Numbered from the stretch's first letter, positions 41,711-52,746 are shown. The stretch: DNA of 64,000 bases from an uncultured Rivularia sp. (GCA_963665115.1 OY762007.1:7136001-7200000), one strand, 5' to 3'. Notes: generated from the sequence alone by a model not told the origin. A program made the numbers and translations.

Positions 41711-41950
41711 CCAAGCTTACGCTGATATAACTTGCTACAACCTTGGAAGAATTCAGGAAATATGACAATTTATTCTTAAAATTTTTTTGAAGTCACACCT
41801 CCCAACCCTTTTTAAGGGCAGGCTTTATGTAAGTCCGAATCGAGATACGCCTAATTTAGTCCAGGTTAGCGTGGCGTGCCCGGAGGGCATAGGTGGGATT
41901 TGCAATCGTAGCGCCACTCTTGCAGATCTCAATTAGTAAAAGAAGCAGCA

Positions 41951-41982
41951 AAAACCCTTCAGCTAATTTACCGAAGGGTTTT
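41951..41982. terminator. Hairpin downstream of the small glycine-zipper gene
   Basis: AAAACCCTTC...GAAGGGTTTT inverted repeat. Confidence 0.6.
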
Positions 41983-42049
41983 GAATGCTATTAAATTTTT
42001 ATTTGAAACTAAGTGTTTTTTATTGTAAGTTAGGAGACTTCTTCGCCAT

Positions 42050-42268
42050 CTAAGCGCTAATTAAAATATTCTTGAAACCATAAATTGCAAGTCCAATGAC
42101 TGCACCAGCACCTACAACAGTAGCCGAGCTAATAAAAACAGTGCTTCCAGCAACTGCTAAACCTATACTTCCAACCTTTGCTACAACTCCAGCACCAGCA
42201 GCAACTACTCCACCTGCTGTGAAAACCGCAGCTTCTTTAAAATCGTTTTCCTTATGTTTTCTAGACAT
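42050..42268 (-). CDS. Small glycine-zipper membrane protein (72 aa)
   Basis: AAVFTAGGVVAAGAGVVAKVGSIGLAVAG...VVGAGAVIGLAIYG, similar to the repeats in the downstream gene. Confidence 0.75.
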   Translation of the reverse strand: MSRKHKENDFKEAAVFTAGGVVAAGAGVVAKVGSIGLAVAGSTVFISSATVVGAGAVIGLAIYGFKNILISA

Positions 42269-42521
42269 TGTTTTCTAACCCCAATTTATTAACTTCTATA
42301 AAAAAAGTAACAGAATAGTTTTTAAAACTGTATTTGTGCTATTACCTAATTTTAAAATTAAGTTGCTATAAAGTTTAAGCATTTCTAAGAGACGATATAG
42401 ATAATTTCCGAAGCGTTCTATAAAGAATTAATATTATGTATTGATTTGAAGAAATAATTGAGTACTCATTTCTGGCATATTAAGAAATAAGTAATCAGAG
42501 TTTTATAACGATTTATTTTTA

Positions 42522-43715
42522 ATGACTTCTACGCTCCCTCACAAAAAAGCCAAAGCCCTCAAACCCGGAAGCCCTCGTCCTGCAAAGGAACTATGTAGCG
42601 ACTGCGGACTTTGCGATACATATTATGTCCATTATGTCAAAGAAGCTTGTGCTTTTCTTAATCAACAGATAAAAGAACTTGAAGAACAAAGTCATTCTCG
42701 TTCCCGCAATCTTGAAAACTCCGACGAACTTTATTTTGGAGTTCAGCAAGAGATGATGGCAGCGCGGAAAAAAGAACCTATTCCAGGTGCCCAATGGACG
42801 GGAATTGTTAGTTCGATTGCCATTGAAATGCTCGAAAGTGGCATTGTCGAAGGCGTTGTTTGCGTGCAAAATACCAAAGAAGATCGGTTTCAACCAATGC
42901 CAGTTATTGCTCGCACGGCAGAGGAAATACTCGCAGCTAAAGTAAATAAACCTACTCTTTCACCAAATCTTTCCGTATTAGAACAAATTGAAAAATCGGG
43001 AATGAAGCGGTTATTGGTAATTGGTGTTGGTTGTCAAATTCAAGCTTTACGTGCAGTAGAAAAACAGCTTGGTTTAGAAAAGCTGTATGTATTGGGTACC
43101 CCTTGCGTTGATAACGTTACTCGCGCCGGATTGCAAAAGTTTCTCGAAACAACGAGTAAATCCCCCGATACAGTAGTGCATTACGAATTTATGCAAGACT
43201 TTCGAGTTCACTTCAAGCATGAAGATGGTTCGATTGAAACAGTACCTTTCTTTGGTTTAAAAACAAATAAACTCAAAGACGTATTTGCTCCTTCCTGCAT
43301 GAGTTGCTTTGACTACGTAAATTCACTAGCAGATATTGTGGTCGGGTATATGGGCGCACCCTTTGGTTGGCAGTGGATTGTAGTTAGAAACGAGCGCGGT
43401 AAAGAAATGCTCGACATGATAAAAGACCAAATTGATACCCAACCAGTAATGTCCCAAGGTAATCGTCAAGCCGCCGTACAGCAGAGCATTCCCGCCTACG
43501 ATAAAGGTGTGACTCTACCCATGTGGGCAGCGAAATTAATGGGCGTAGTAATTGAAAAAATTGGTCCCAAAGGTTTGGAATATGCAAGGTTTTCTATTGA
43601 TTCTCACTTCACCCGCAATTATTTATATACAAAGCGCAATCATCCAGAAAAATTAGAAGAACACGTTCCCGAATTTGCCAAGCGGATTGTGGAACAGTAT
43701 GAATTGCCAGATTAG
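42522..43715 (+). CDS. bciB: Ferredoxin-dependent 8-vinyl reductase (F420 hydrogenase beta-subunit family)
   Basis: LCSDCGLC, GAQWTGIVS, GVGCQ, GTPCVDN and SCMSCFDY Cys motifs of BciB/CvrA. Confidence 0.88.
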   Translation: MTSTLPHKKAKALKPGSPRPAKELCSDCGLCDTYYVHYVKEACAFLNQQIKELEEQSHSRSRNLENSDELYFGVQQEMMAARKKEPIPGAQWTGIVSSIAIEMLESGIVEGVVCVQNTKEDRFQPMPVIARTAEEILAAKVNKPTLSPNLSVLEQIEKSGMKRLLVIGVGCQIQALRAVEKQLGLEKLYVLGTPCVDNVTRAGLQKFLETTSKSPDTVVHYEFMQDFRVHFKHEDGSIETVPFFGLKTNKLKDVFAPSCMSCFDYVNSLADIVVGYMGAPFGWQWIVVRNERGKEMLDMIKDQIDTQPVMSQGNRQAAVQQSIPAYDKGVTLPMWAAKLMGVVIEKIGPKGLEYARFSIDSHFTRNYLYTKRNHPEKLEEHVPEFAKRIVEQYELPD

Positions 43716-43824
43716 GTAATGGGAAATGGGTGATGGGGAGACAAGGAGAATTTTGACCTTTAACCTCAATTACTCCTAACTATCCTCAATGCCCCATGCC
43801 CCATTACCAATTACCAATTACCAA

Positions 43825-45054
43825 TTACCCATTCCCAATTGCTTCAATTGCTGCTTCTAGAGCGATCGCCACATGAGTCCAATGAGTTCCCCCCTGACAG
43901 TAAGCGATGTAAGGTTCTCTTAATGGTCCGTCGGCGGAGAATTCTGAGGTGCTGCCTTCGATAAATGTTCCTCCAGCCATGACTACTTTGCTTTCGTATC
44001 CGGGCATTTCGTCGGGGATGGGGTCTAAATAGGAACCGATGGGAGAATTTTGCTGTATGGCTTTGCAAAATGCAAGAAGTTTTTCTGGGGAACCTAGTTT
44101 AATTGCTTGAATTACATCGCCGCGAGGTGCGAAGGGTTCGGGTTTTACTGCATAGCCTAGCTTGTCAAATACATATCCAGTCAGATGGGTTCCTTTCATT
44201 GCTTCTCCTACCATCTGCGGGGCTAAGAATAATCCCTGATATAACAGGCGGAGTTGGTCAAATGTGGCACCTCCTTCTCTACCAATTCCCGGAGCCGTTA
44301 AGCGACAAGCTGCTGCTTCTACTAAGTCTTCGCGTCCGGCAATGTAGCCTCCAGCAGTGACGATGGTTCCTCCTGGATTTTTGATTAAGGAACCGGCGAT
44401 TAAATCTGCACCGACATGGGTGGGTTCTTGAGTTTCGATAAATTCGCCGTAGCAGTTATCAACAAAACAAACCGTGTTCGGATTTTGCTCCTTGACCGAA
44501 CGAACAATCTTCTGTATATCGGCAATTGAGAGACTAGAGCGCCAGGAATAGCCGCAGGAGCGCTGAATTAATACTAAACGAGTCTTATCCTCTATCGCAT
44601 GGCTCAAAGCTTGCCAATCTATCGTTCCCTCTGTAGTGAGATTCAATTGGCGATAGCTTATGCCAAACTCGATTAGTGAACCTTGATTTTTACCTCTTAA
44701 ACCAATGACTTCCTCAAGAGTGTCGTAGGGTGCCCCTGCCACTGCCAACATTTCATCGCCGGGACGAAGAACGCCGAATAATGCACAAGCTATTGCATGA
44801 GTTCCGGAAACAAACTGTACCCTTACAGCTGCGCTCTGTGCCCCCATTATTTGAGCAAAAACTTTATCTAAAGTGTCCCTGCCTAAATCATCATGACCGT
44901 ATCCCGATACGCCTGCAAAATGGTGTGCCCCTACACTATGATGGCGAAAGGCAGTAAGTACTCTTTGGAGATTTTGCTTGACCTTCTGGTCAATTCCAGA
45001 AAAAATCGTTAACAGTGCTTGTTCTGCTTTTTGCAGCTGTTCCAAGCTGTTCAT
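43825..45054 (-). CDS. Methionine gamma-lyase family PLP enzyme (YnbB/aluminium-resistance type)
   Basis: GYGHDDLGRD, FVSGTHAI, VDNCYGEF and GSLIKNPGG motifs. Confidence 0.9.
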   Translation of the reverse strand: MNSLEQLQKAEQALLTIFSGIDQKVKQNLQRVLTAFRHHSVGAHHFAGVSGYGHDDLGRDTLDKVFAQIMGAQSAAVRVQFVSGTHAIACALFGVLRPGDEMLAVAGAPYDTLEEVIGLRGKNQGSLIEFGISYRQLNLTTEGTIDWQALSHAIEDKTRLVLIQRSCGYSWRSSLSIADIQKIVRSVKEQNPNTVCFVDNCYGEFIETQEPTHVGADLIAGSLIKNPGGTIVTAGGYIAGREDLVEAAACRLTAPGIGREGGATFDQLRLLYQGLFLAPQMVGEAMKGTHLTGYVFDKLGYAVKPEPFAPRGDVIQAIKLGSPEKLLAFCKAIQQNSPIGSYLDPIPDEMPGYESKVVMAGGTFIEGSTSEFSADGPLREPYIAYCQGGTHWTHVAIALEAAIEAIGNG

Positions 45055-45197
45055 TAGTAAAACCGTTCTTAAATAATAATTATGCGGATTGTGGCGCTAT
45101 GGGCGCTACGCTTTGCGTGAGATTCACGCAAAAAGCCCTGAAATGGGCATAACGGACGCGCAGATAATGGCTAATCAATTCTTAAACAGGTTACCGC

Positions 45198-46019
45198 ATG
45201 ACACTTGCTTCATCAACAACTAGAGGACCATTAAATTGGTTGCACATTACATTTTTCGTCGGTTTACATTTTGGAATTTTACTTGCCCTATTCCCCGCTT
45301 TTTTTAGCTGGAAAGCTGTTGGTGTCGCTTTACTGCTTTACTGGGTGACTGGAGGCTTGGGTATTACTCTAGGATTTCACCGTCTGATAACTCATCGCAG
45401 TTTTGAAACTCCTAAGTGGCTGGAGTATGTCTTAGCATTTTGCGGGACTCTGGCTTGTCAAGGAGGTCCAATTGCATGGGTTGGAATGCATCGCATACAC
45501 CATTTACATTCCGATCAAGAGTTAGATCCACATGATTCCAATAAAGGTTTTTTTTGGAGTCATTTACGTTGGATGTTTTACCACTCTCCAGCTTTTGATG
45601 ATGTTCCTCGCTTTACTAAGGACATCAAGGACGATCCATTCTACATATTTTTAGAAAAGTATATGCTACCAATCCAGTTCGCTCTGGGTGGATTGCTATT
45701 ACTTTGGGGTGGCTGGTCTTTTGTGGTTTGGGGTGTTTTTGTTCGTCTTATTTTTGTATGGCACTGTACTTGGTTTGTCAATAGTGCAACTCATAAGTTT
45801 GGCTATCAGACATACGATGCAAAAGACCATTCCACAAACTGCTGGTGGGTAGCTTTACTGACCTATGGTGAAGGCTGGCACAACAATCACCACGCTTTCC
45901 AATATTCTGCTCGTCACGGGTTGCAATGGTGGGAAATTGACCTTACCTGGATGACTATCCAAGTATTACAATTCTTAGGTTTGGCTACCAATGTCAAACT
46001 CGCACCAGTGAAGCAGTAA
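45198..46019 (+). CDS. desC: Delta-9 acyl-lipid desaturase
   Basis: His boxes HRLITH, HRIHH and GEGWHNNHH. Confidence 0.93.
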   Translation: MTLASSTTRGPLNWLHITFFVGLHFGILLALFPAFFSWKAVGVALLLYWVTGGLGITLGFHRLITHRSFETPKWLEYVLAFCGTLACQGGPIAWVGMHRIHHLHSDQELDPHDSNKGFFWSHLRWMFYHSPAFDDVPRFTKDIKDDPFYIFLEKYMLPIQFALGGLLLLWGGWSFVVWGVFVRLIFVWHCTWFVNSATHKFGYQTYDAKDHSTNCWWVALLTYGEGWHNNHHAFQYSARHGLQWWEIDLTWMTIQVLQFLGLATNVKLAPVKQ

Positions 46020-46411
46020 TAAGGCTTTAATTATGCGGAAAGTTACTTTTCCGCACCAGATTTTGCAAGGTTCGTAGTAAGCGATTTATCGCTTAATCTC
46101 AGGAATAAATTCCTTACTACGAACCCGTCAAAGTTAATCAAAGAGATTATTCCGGAACCGTGTTCAAAATCAAAAATTTAAAATCTTTTGATTGGCTGGG
46201 TTTAATTAACATTTATTTACCTCCGCTTAATAATTCTTACTTAAAGGAATAAGCATGGTATAGCTCGTTTTGATCGGAAAATCGAGCTTTTTCTTGCGGA
46301 AGTGGTGTTAATAAATTGATATAATCCTAAACGCGAACGTTACGAAACTTCGCAAAAAGCGACTATGCTAGTTGCTTGTATGCGGAATTTTTTTATTTAT
46401 AAAATTCATTC

Positions 46412-47470
46412 ATGACAACATCAGCAGTAAACACACAGAATAATTCACAGCCAAAACCGCCATCTGACTCCCAACTAAAGCTGACAGACGTGGTAAAAAG
46501 CCTTCCTCAAGAGTGTTTTGTACTAGATGCTCGTAAAGCTTGGTTTAGTGTAGTCAGTAATGTTTTAGCCGTTATTCTTGGCTACTTTTTTTTGGCGATC
46601 GCACCTTGGTATCTTTTACCGTTAGCGTGGATATATACAGGTACTGCTGCTACGGGATTTTTTGTCATCGGACATGATTGCGCTCATCGTTCATTTGCGA
46701 AGCGTCGTTGGGTGAATGATGTAGTAGGGCATTTATTTATGATGCCGTTGATTTACCCTTTCCACGGTTGGCGAATTAAGCATAACTATCATCATGCTCA
46801 CACCAATAAGCGGCTGGTAGATAATGCTTGGCAGCCAGTAGGAACTGAAGTTTATGAAAATAGTGGCATAGCTCTTAAATGGGCCTTTAAAAGGTTTTTG
46901 CACAACCGTTTGTGGTGGATAGGTTCAATCGTACATTGGGCGCTGCATCATTTTAATTGGAATCAATTTCGTAAGCAAGACCAAGCAGAAGTTAAACTTT
47001 CTGTGGCTGTAGTCGCTCTGTTCGCAGCTATATGCTTTCCTACCCTAATTGCAACAACTGGTATCTGGGGATTTATTAAATTCTGGTTTATCCCTTGGAT
47101 GGTGTACCATTTTTGGATGAGTACTTTTACTTATATTCACCATACCGCTCCAGATATCGCTTTTGTACCGGCAGATAAATGGGATGCACTAACAGCCCAG
47201 CTATCCGGTACGGTTCACTGCAATTACCCTCGTTGGGTAGAATTCCTGTGTCACGATATCAACGTACACGTGCCTCATCACATTTCCACAGCAATTCCTT
47301 CTTATAACCTGCGTCTAGCTCATAGCAGCTTACAAGAGAATTGGGGAAGCTATTTACATGAAGAATGTACGTTCTCTGTATCTTTGCTGAAGTACATAAC
47401 TGATAGATGTCACTTATATACTCCAGAGAATGAATATATTTCCTTCAAGGATTATCACGCACAGCAATAA
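46412..47470 (+). CDS. desA: Delta-12 acyl-lipid desaturase
   Basis: HDCAH, HNYHH and HDINVHVPHH boxes; HFWMSTFT. Confidence 0.92.
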   Translation: MTTSAVNTQNNSQPKPPSDSQLKLTDVVKSLPQECFVLDARKAWFSVVSNVLAVILGYFFLAIAPWYLLPLAWIYTGTAATGFFVIGHDCAHRSFAKRRWVNDVVGHLFMMPLIYPFHGWRIKHNYHHAHTNKRLVDNAWQPVGTEVYENSGIALKWAFKRFLHNRLWWIGSIVHWALHHFNWNQFRKQDQAEVKLSVAVVALFAAICFPTLIATTGIWGFIKFWFIPWMVYHFWMSTFTYIHHTAPDIAFVPADKWDALTAQLSGTVHCNYPRWVEFLCHDINVHVPHHISTAIPSYNLRLAHSSLQENWGSYLHEECTFSVSLLKYITDRCHLYTPENEYISFKDYHAQQ

Positions 47471-47701
47471 TGAGTTCTGATTTTTTGAAGGACTTACATC
47501 TTTAACCCCCAAAAATGTATATTAATTGGGGGTTAACAATAAATAAGAATACAGTCATGAAATTGAAGGTAAGAGACTATTTTTTTTAGCGCATGACTAA
47601 TTTTTGTAATGCCTAATTTTTAAAGTTCAGTCTTTTATACAAATTGATTTTACTGACTTTAATTTGCTCAAAGTTCACTTTATATCCGGTAACTTAGCTC
47701 A

Positions 47702-48771
47702 GTGACATCTTCTACAATTAATACAGGCAATATTCCTCAAGATGCATCATCAGAGGAAATAACCAAACTTCCCTTTACTCTGGGGGATGTAAAAGCAGCA
47801 ATTCCAGCAGAATGCTTTCAGCCTCAAGTGTGGAAATCTCTGTTTTTCTTCTTCCAAGACATACTAATAATTGCTGGACTTTATGCTTTAGCCCATTACT
47901 TAGACTCCTGGTTATTTTTTCCCATTTTCTGGGTAATGCAAGGAACGATGTTCTGGGCTTTATTTGTAGTAGGGCATGATTGTGGACATCAATCATTTTC
48001 TCGTCACAAATGGTTGAACGATTTGATTGGACATTTATCTCATACACCGATACTTGTTCCCTATCATGGATGGCGGATTAGTCACCGAACTCACCACAAA
48101 AATACTGGTAGTCTGGAAAATGATGAAAGTTGGTATCCGATATCGGAATCAGCTTACAACGAAATGGATATAGTTGAAAAAATCGGCAGACACTATCTGT
48201 TTTTACTGGCTTATCCGGTATATTTATTTAAACGCTCCCCAGGAAAAACAGGCTCTCATTTTTCACCCAGCAGTCCCCCTTATTCAAACCCTCGGAAAAA
48301 TGGGATGTGATTACCAGCACCGTACTTTGGAGCGCAATGGTTGGTTTGCTGGCTTTCCTAACCTATCAATGGGGTTTCATGTGGTTTCTTAAGTACTACG
48401 CTGCTCCATACATTGTATTTGTAATTTGGTTAGATTTGGTAACATTTTTACATCACACCGAGCCAGATATTCCTTGGTATCGCGATGGAGAATGGACTTT
48501 TCTTAAAGGTGCGCTTTCCAGTGTCGATCGCGATTATGGTTTTATCAATCATATTCACCACGATATCGGAACTCATGTTGCTCACCACATTTTCTTAAAT
48601 ATCCCTCATTACAATTTGAAGAAAGCAACTGAAGCAATTAAGCCTGTTGTAGGAGAGTATTATCACAAAACTGACGAGCCAGTTTTAATTTCTCTTTGGA
48701 ATTCTTTTAGAAAATGCCACTTCGTTCCAAATGAAGGCAAAAAGGTTTATTACACGTATCACTCGAAATAG
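47702..48771 (+). CDS. desB: Omega-3 (delta-15) acyl-lipid desaturase; apparent frameshift at about 48278
   Basis: HDCGH, HRTHH and HDIGTHVAHH boxes. The ORFs join across a C5 run (SPLFKPSEKWDVITS). Confidence 0.92.
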
Positions 48772-48883
48772 GTGTAGCTGTGTAACAAAGGTTCGTAGTA
48801 AAGGCTTAAGCCTTCAATCAAAGGACTGAAGTTGTTACTGCAAACTATTATCAATCAATTGGTGCGTGACGGCAAAACTTATT

Positions 48884-48990
48884 TACAGCCCTTTGCAGCT
48901 AAATGAGGTACAAAGCTATATTCCGAAAGTCTTGTGGGATGGGCATCCCTGCCCGTCAGAATGTACTTCACCAAAACTAAATATGCTGTA
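48884..48990. mobile_element. 107-bp TA-bounded MITE-like element
   Basis: Inverted ends TACAGC...TGAGGTACA and TGTACTTCA...GCTGTA; internal GATGGGCATCCCTGCCCGTC hairpin. Confidence 0.55.
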
Positions 48991-49128
48991 TCTCGTAATC
49001 TTTCGATAATTTATCGTAGCCGTCACACACCCTACAATTTGGAAATTTACGATAATAAAAAACCCGGTTTTTCCAAAAAACCGGGTTTCTGTATATGTTA
49101 AATCTTTGTCGAATCTTACGGTTGAAGT

Positions 49129-50247
49129 TTAGGAAACTTGGGCTGTAACTGTATTTATTTCCGGAGGATTGCCCATGATTCTTAACCAACGATAGTTAGC
49201 GGCAATTGCTTTTGTAAAAGTTGGGTATACGTTGTACTGCACATTGTATTCTTCACAGACTTGCGCTAATATCGGAGCAATTTCTGGATAATGTATGTGA
49301 CAAACATGAGGGAATAAATGGTGGACGGTTTGATAATTAAGCCCGCCCAGATACCAGTTTAAAAATTTGTTTTCTGGAGCAAAGTCAACTGTTGTTTTTA
49401 CTTGAGCAATTGCCCATTCATCATCAACTGTATTATCTGGTAAACTTGGTTCGAGAAACTCTGCTGGTTCTAACACGTGAGCAAGCATAAAAACATTGCA
49501 AATTATTATGCCATAAACCATATTTACGATACATAATCCGATAATTACTTCAATAGGACTGTATCCCAAAGCTAATGGTATACCTGCGTAAAGTCCCAAC
49601 CAAACAAATTTTGCACCTATTAAAGTCAATAATTCTAAGGTATTTGGTTTTGGGATATTATATTCGTAATATTTGCCTTTAAATAAAATAAGCTTGACAT
49701 CAGAAAAAGACCAATAAAATGGAATTATTGCATATACAAAGTTAATCAATAAATGCTGAAATTTATGATATGACTTATGCTCTCTTGCCGGAGACATTCT
49801 GACTAAACCACTACCATCAATTTCTACATCATGACCTAATATATTCGTATAGGTATGATGCAAATAATTATGACGAAATTTCCATAGATAGCTGGAAAGA
49901 CCTATGACAAAATCATAAGTTAAACCAATAGTATTATTAACCCATTTTTTCTTAGAATAACCGCCGTGGTTGGCATCGTGCCCTACACTAAAGCCTACAC
50001 CAGCAAAACCCATTCCCAGCATGATACAGCCAAGTATTTTCATCCACATTACTGGGGGAGAAAAAAGAATAAATATCCAGGAAAAAAATACCCATCCTAA
50101 GATAATTGCACTTTTGAAGTACATGGCAGGATTATCTCTGGGAGTAAGATTTTCAGACTTAAAATAAGCGTCAACTCGTTTATTTAATTCTTTTCTAAAG
50201 CCAATATTTTTGGCAAAAGTTACTCTGGGAGCTTGAGTTTGGATCAT
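49129..50247 (-). CDS. desD: Delta-6 acyl-lipid desaturase
   Basis: HDANHG, HNYLHH and the QTVHHLFP third box typical of front-end desaturases; GFRKELNKRVDAYF N-terminus. Confidence 0.85.
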   Translation of the reverse strand: MIQTQAPRVTFAKNIGFRKELNKRVDAYFKSENLTPRDNPAMYFKSAIILGWVFFSWIFILFSPPVMWMKILGCIMLGMGFAGVGFSVGHDANHGGYSKKKWVNNTIGLTYDFVIGLSSYLWKFRHNYLHHTYTNILGHDVEIDGSGLVRMSPAREHKSYHKFQHLLINFVYAIIPFYWSFSDVKLILFKGKYYEYNIPKPNTLELLTLIGAKFVWLGLYAGIPLALGYSPIEVIIGLCIVNMVYGIIICNVFMLAHVLEPAEFLEPSLPDNTVDDEWAIAQVKTTVDFAPENKFLNWYLGGLNYQTVHHLFPHVCHIHYPEIAPILAQVCEEYNVQYNVYPTFTKAIAANYRWLRIMGNPPEINTVTAQVS

Positions 50248-50625
50248 AAAGAATATTTTCTCGCTTAAATTGGAAATTGATTTACAGCAAATTTCATATT
50301 TTTAAATTAAATTACATCTTGACGCGCAAGCATACCCCTGCTAGAAGAAGTTATTTTATTTAGAATTTGAAAATTGCTTTAAGCACATCTTACACATCTT
50401 ACACTCTCAACTTAAAAAGTCCTAAAAATCAGTTTTTTTAACCAATCATTAAACTAATTCGATTAGCATTTTTGTTTCTTCCGTACTTTTTTCATTAACA
50501 TAAAGGCAAAATCGATAAGTCTTACCTCGCTATTCAAGAAAAAATACACCCGATTTATTTGAGAATTCTCAAGGTGTAACGTTAAACTATTATATTTATC
50601 AAAAGTGTCTAAACTATCTGCCCGC

Positions 50626-51909
50626 TCAAATTCTTCCATTTCCTTGAACAATATGTTTAAGGGTGGTCAAACTTTCCAAACCAATCAATCCCCTACGATG
50701 TCCTTTTTGATTGGACATTCCTAAAAATACGGCATCTCCCCATAATGGATTTCGGCTGAAACGCGGGGAAGCATTTATGTATGTAGAAGCGCTATTTACG
50801 CCTAAAGCAAATTGTCTGCTTTCTTGATAAGATTCAGTCACAATACAGTCGGCGTGTCCGCTACTATATCGATTAATCCAATTAATTGCTGAATCTAAAT
50901 TTTCTACAAGCTTGAATGCAACTGTCTTAGTGAAATAAGCATTTCCCCATTCACTATCTTTGACTGGTTGCAATTGAGGAAATGATTCTCTTAACTCGTC
51001 ATCTCCCCTCAATAAAAAACCTTTTTCCTGCAAACTTTTTAACAAAGTACCGAATGAAGAAGATAAAGTTTGCCGGTTAATTAATACTTTTTCAATCGCA
51101 TTTACAGGATCTGGAGAACTTGCATGGCTCTCATTAATCATCCAGCGCACCATATCCACCAAATTACCATTTGGCGACCAGTATAGATAGCAATTACCCA
51201 TAGCCGATTTTAAGACTGGTGCTGTAGATTGACGTACTACCCGATGAATTAGACTGTTACGTCCGTAGGGAATCACTAAATTCAAATAATGCTCTTGACT
51301 AACTAATTCCTGGATTAACGTACCATGCTCTGCCGTAACCAACTCTATTGAGCCTACAGGTAATCTTGCTTCGGCAACAGCCATTTGGAGTACTTCAGCA
51401 ATGGCTGCATTAGAATGACTTGCTTCCGTGCTTCCTTTGAGAATAATGCTGTTGCCAGTCTTGATACACAAACCTGCGGCAATAGCTCCTAACTCAGGGA
51501 ATGCTTCATAAATAAATGCTATTACCCCCAGAGGTGTTGATTGAGAATAACTTTGTTCTTCACCAAGCTGGTAATCAGCAGTTCTCATTCGCCCCAGTGG
51601 ATCTGATAACTCCTCCAACCGTTGCAGAATTTTTACCGTCGAATCCAAACGTTCTGGAGTTAACTTTAGCCAATCCAAGACTAAATCTGGTACCGCCATT
51701 TCCCGGCAAGCTTCCAGATCCAAAGTATTAGCTTCTAAAATATCGTCAAACGAGCGTCCTAACGCTTCAGCCATAGCCATTAAAGCGCGACTGCGCTGCG
51801 CTCCTTTAGTGATGCCCAATTTAAGAGCAGCACCATGCGCGCGCTTAGCTATACGTAAAGCGTCGCCTTCTATCGCAATCGGTTGGGAATTTTCAGCAAA
51901 AGCATCCAC
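50626..51909 (-). CDS. proA: Gamma-glutamyl phosphate reductase-like protein, apparently lacking the catalytic Cys
   Basis: PLGVIAFIYE, KTGNSIILKG, HSNAAI, SGHADCI and NASPRF motifs; VNAIE where CNAxE is expected. Confidence 0.8.
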   Translation of the reverse strand: MDAFAENSQPIAIEGDALRIAKRAHGAALKLGITKGAQRSRALMAMAEALGRSFDDILEANTLDLEACREMAVPDLVLDWLKLTPERLDSTVKILQRLEELSDPLGRMRTADYQLGEEQSYSQSTPLGVIAFIYEAFPELGAIAAGLCIKTGNSIILKGSTEASHSNAAIAEVLQMAVAEARLPVGSIELVTAEHGTLIQELVSQEHYLNLVIPYGRNSLIHRVVRQSTAPVLKSAMGNCYLYWSPNGNLVDMVRWMINESHASSPDPVNAIEKVLINRQTLSSSFGTLLKSLQEKGFLLRGDDELRESFPQLQPVKDSEWGNAYFTKTVAFKLVENLDSAINWINRYSSGHADCIVTESYQESRQFALGVNSASTYINASPRFSRNPLWGDAVFLGMSNQKGHRRGLIGLESLTTLKHIVQGNGRI

Positions 51910-51925
51910 AGTAATAATCAGCGCC

Positions 51926-52334
51926 TTAACGTCTGTAAGTCAGCCAAACCATAAGTGCAGGCAAAATAGCCAATAACACTGCTACCAGTGCCCAAGTTAT
52001 AATGCCAGGTCCACTGGCTAAACGCAATGCTAACGGTAGCCATATAATCACTAGCACGAAAATAATACCTAGTGCTACTGGTAAATAACTTTCTCCCAGA
52101 CGTGGATGAACAACTTTCCATCCAGAAACCCGTCCAGCGCCAAGCTCGTTTGTAGGGATAAGTAGTAGAAAGCTGCTCCAAAACGCGAGCATTTTCCTCT
52201 ACCACGAATATCTGCTGACAGCGATCGCAACCGAAGGCTTCTGTCAGGGTAATCGGAATTAAGCGTCCCCGACGGCGACAGGGACAGGGGTATTCGTTGT
52301 TGAAATCGATTTTTTCGGGCTTTTGTGGTTGCAC
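51926..52334 (-). CDS. Cys-motif membrane-anchored hypothetical protein; apparent +1 frameshift at about 52127
   Basis: CPC...CDRC N-terminus. Removing one T gives WRWTGSGWKVVHPRLG followed by two TM helices. Confidence 0.75.
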
Positions 52335-52692
52335 TATACGGCTCTTTTTACAAGATCGCAGTTTACTAATAGGAATATTTTAATATTCCCTTTAATTTAC
52401 TATTCAGAGAAAAATGTTTGATACCGCAATTCTCTCTTCATAAATAATTTAAAATAAGCGAGCAGTTTACCCACTAAAATTTCTTTATATCATTAACCGT
52501 TAAAAGTATTACTCTTTCTATATACATATTTTGCATTACACAACAATAATTATTTAACTCTCGATCGTATAAACCATATTTAACAAACAAAGCCCTATGC
52601 TTTTATCATCATCCAGTGTAGTCCATCCCACTGAAAACAGAACGTTTATTTTTAATAAATGTAAATTTTCAAAACATATTGATAAACAAACT

Positions 52693-52729
52693 AAAAGATG
52701 CAGAAAAATTTTGTTTTTCTGCATCTTTT
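52693..52729. terminator. Intrinsic terminator downstream of tRNA-Gly
   Basis: AAAAGATGCAGAAAAA...TTTTTCTGCATCTTTT inverted repeat. Confidence 0.7.
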
Positions 52730-52746
52730 AAATCATTATTTCTTAA

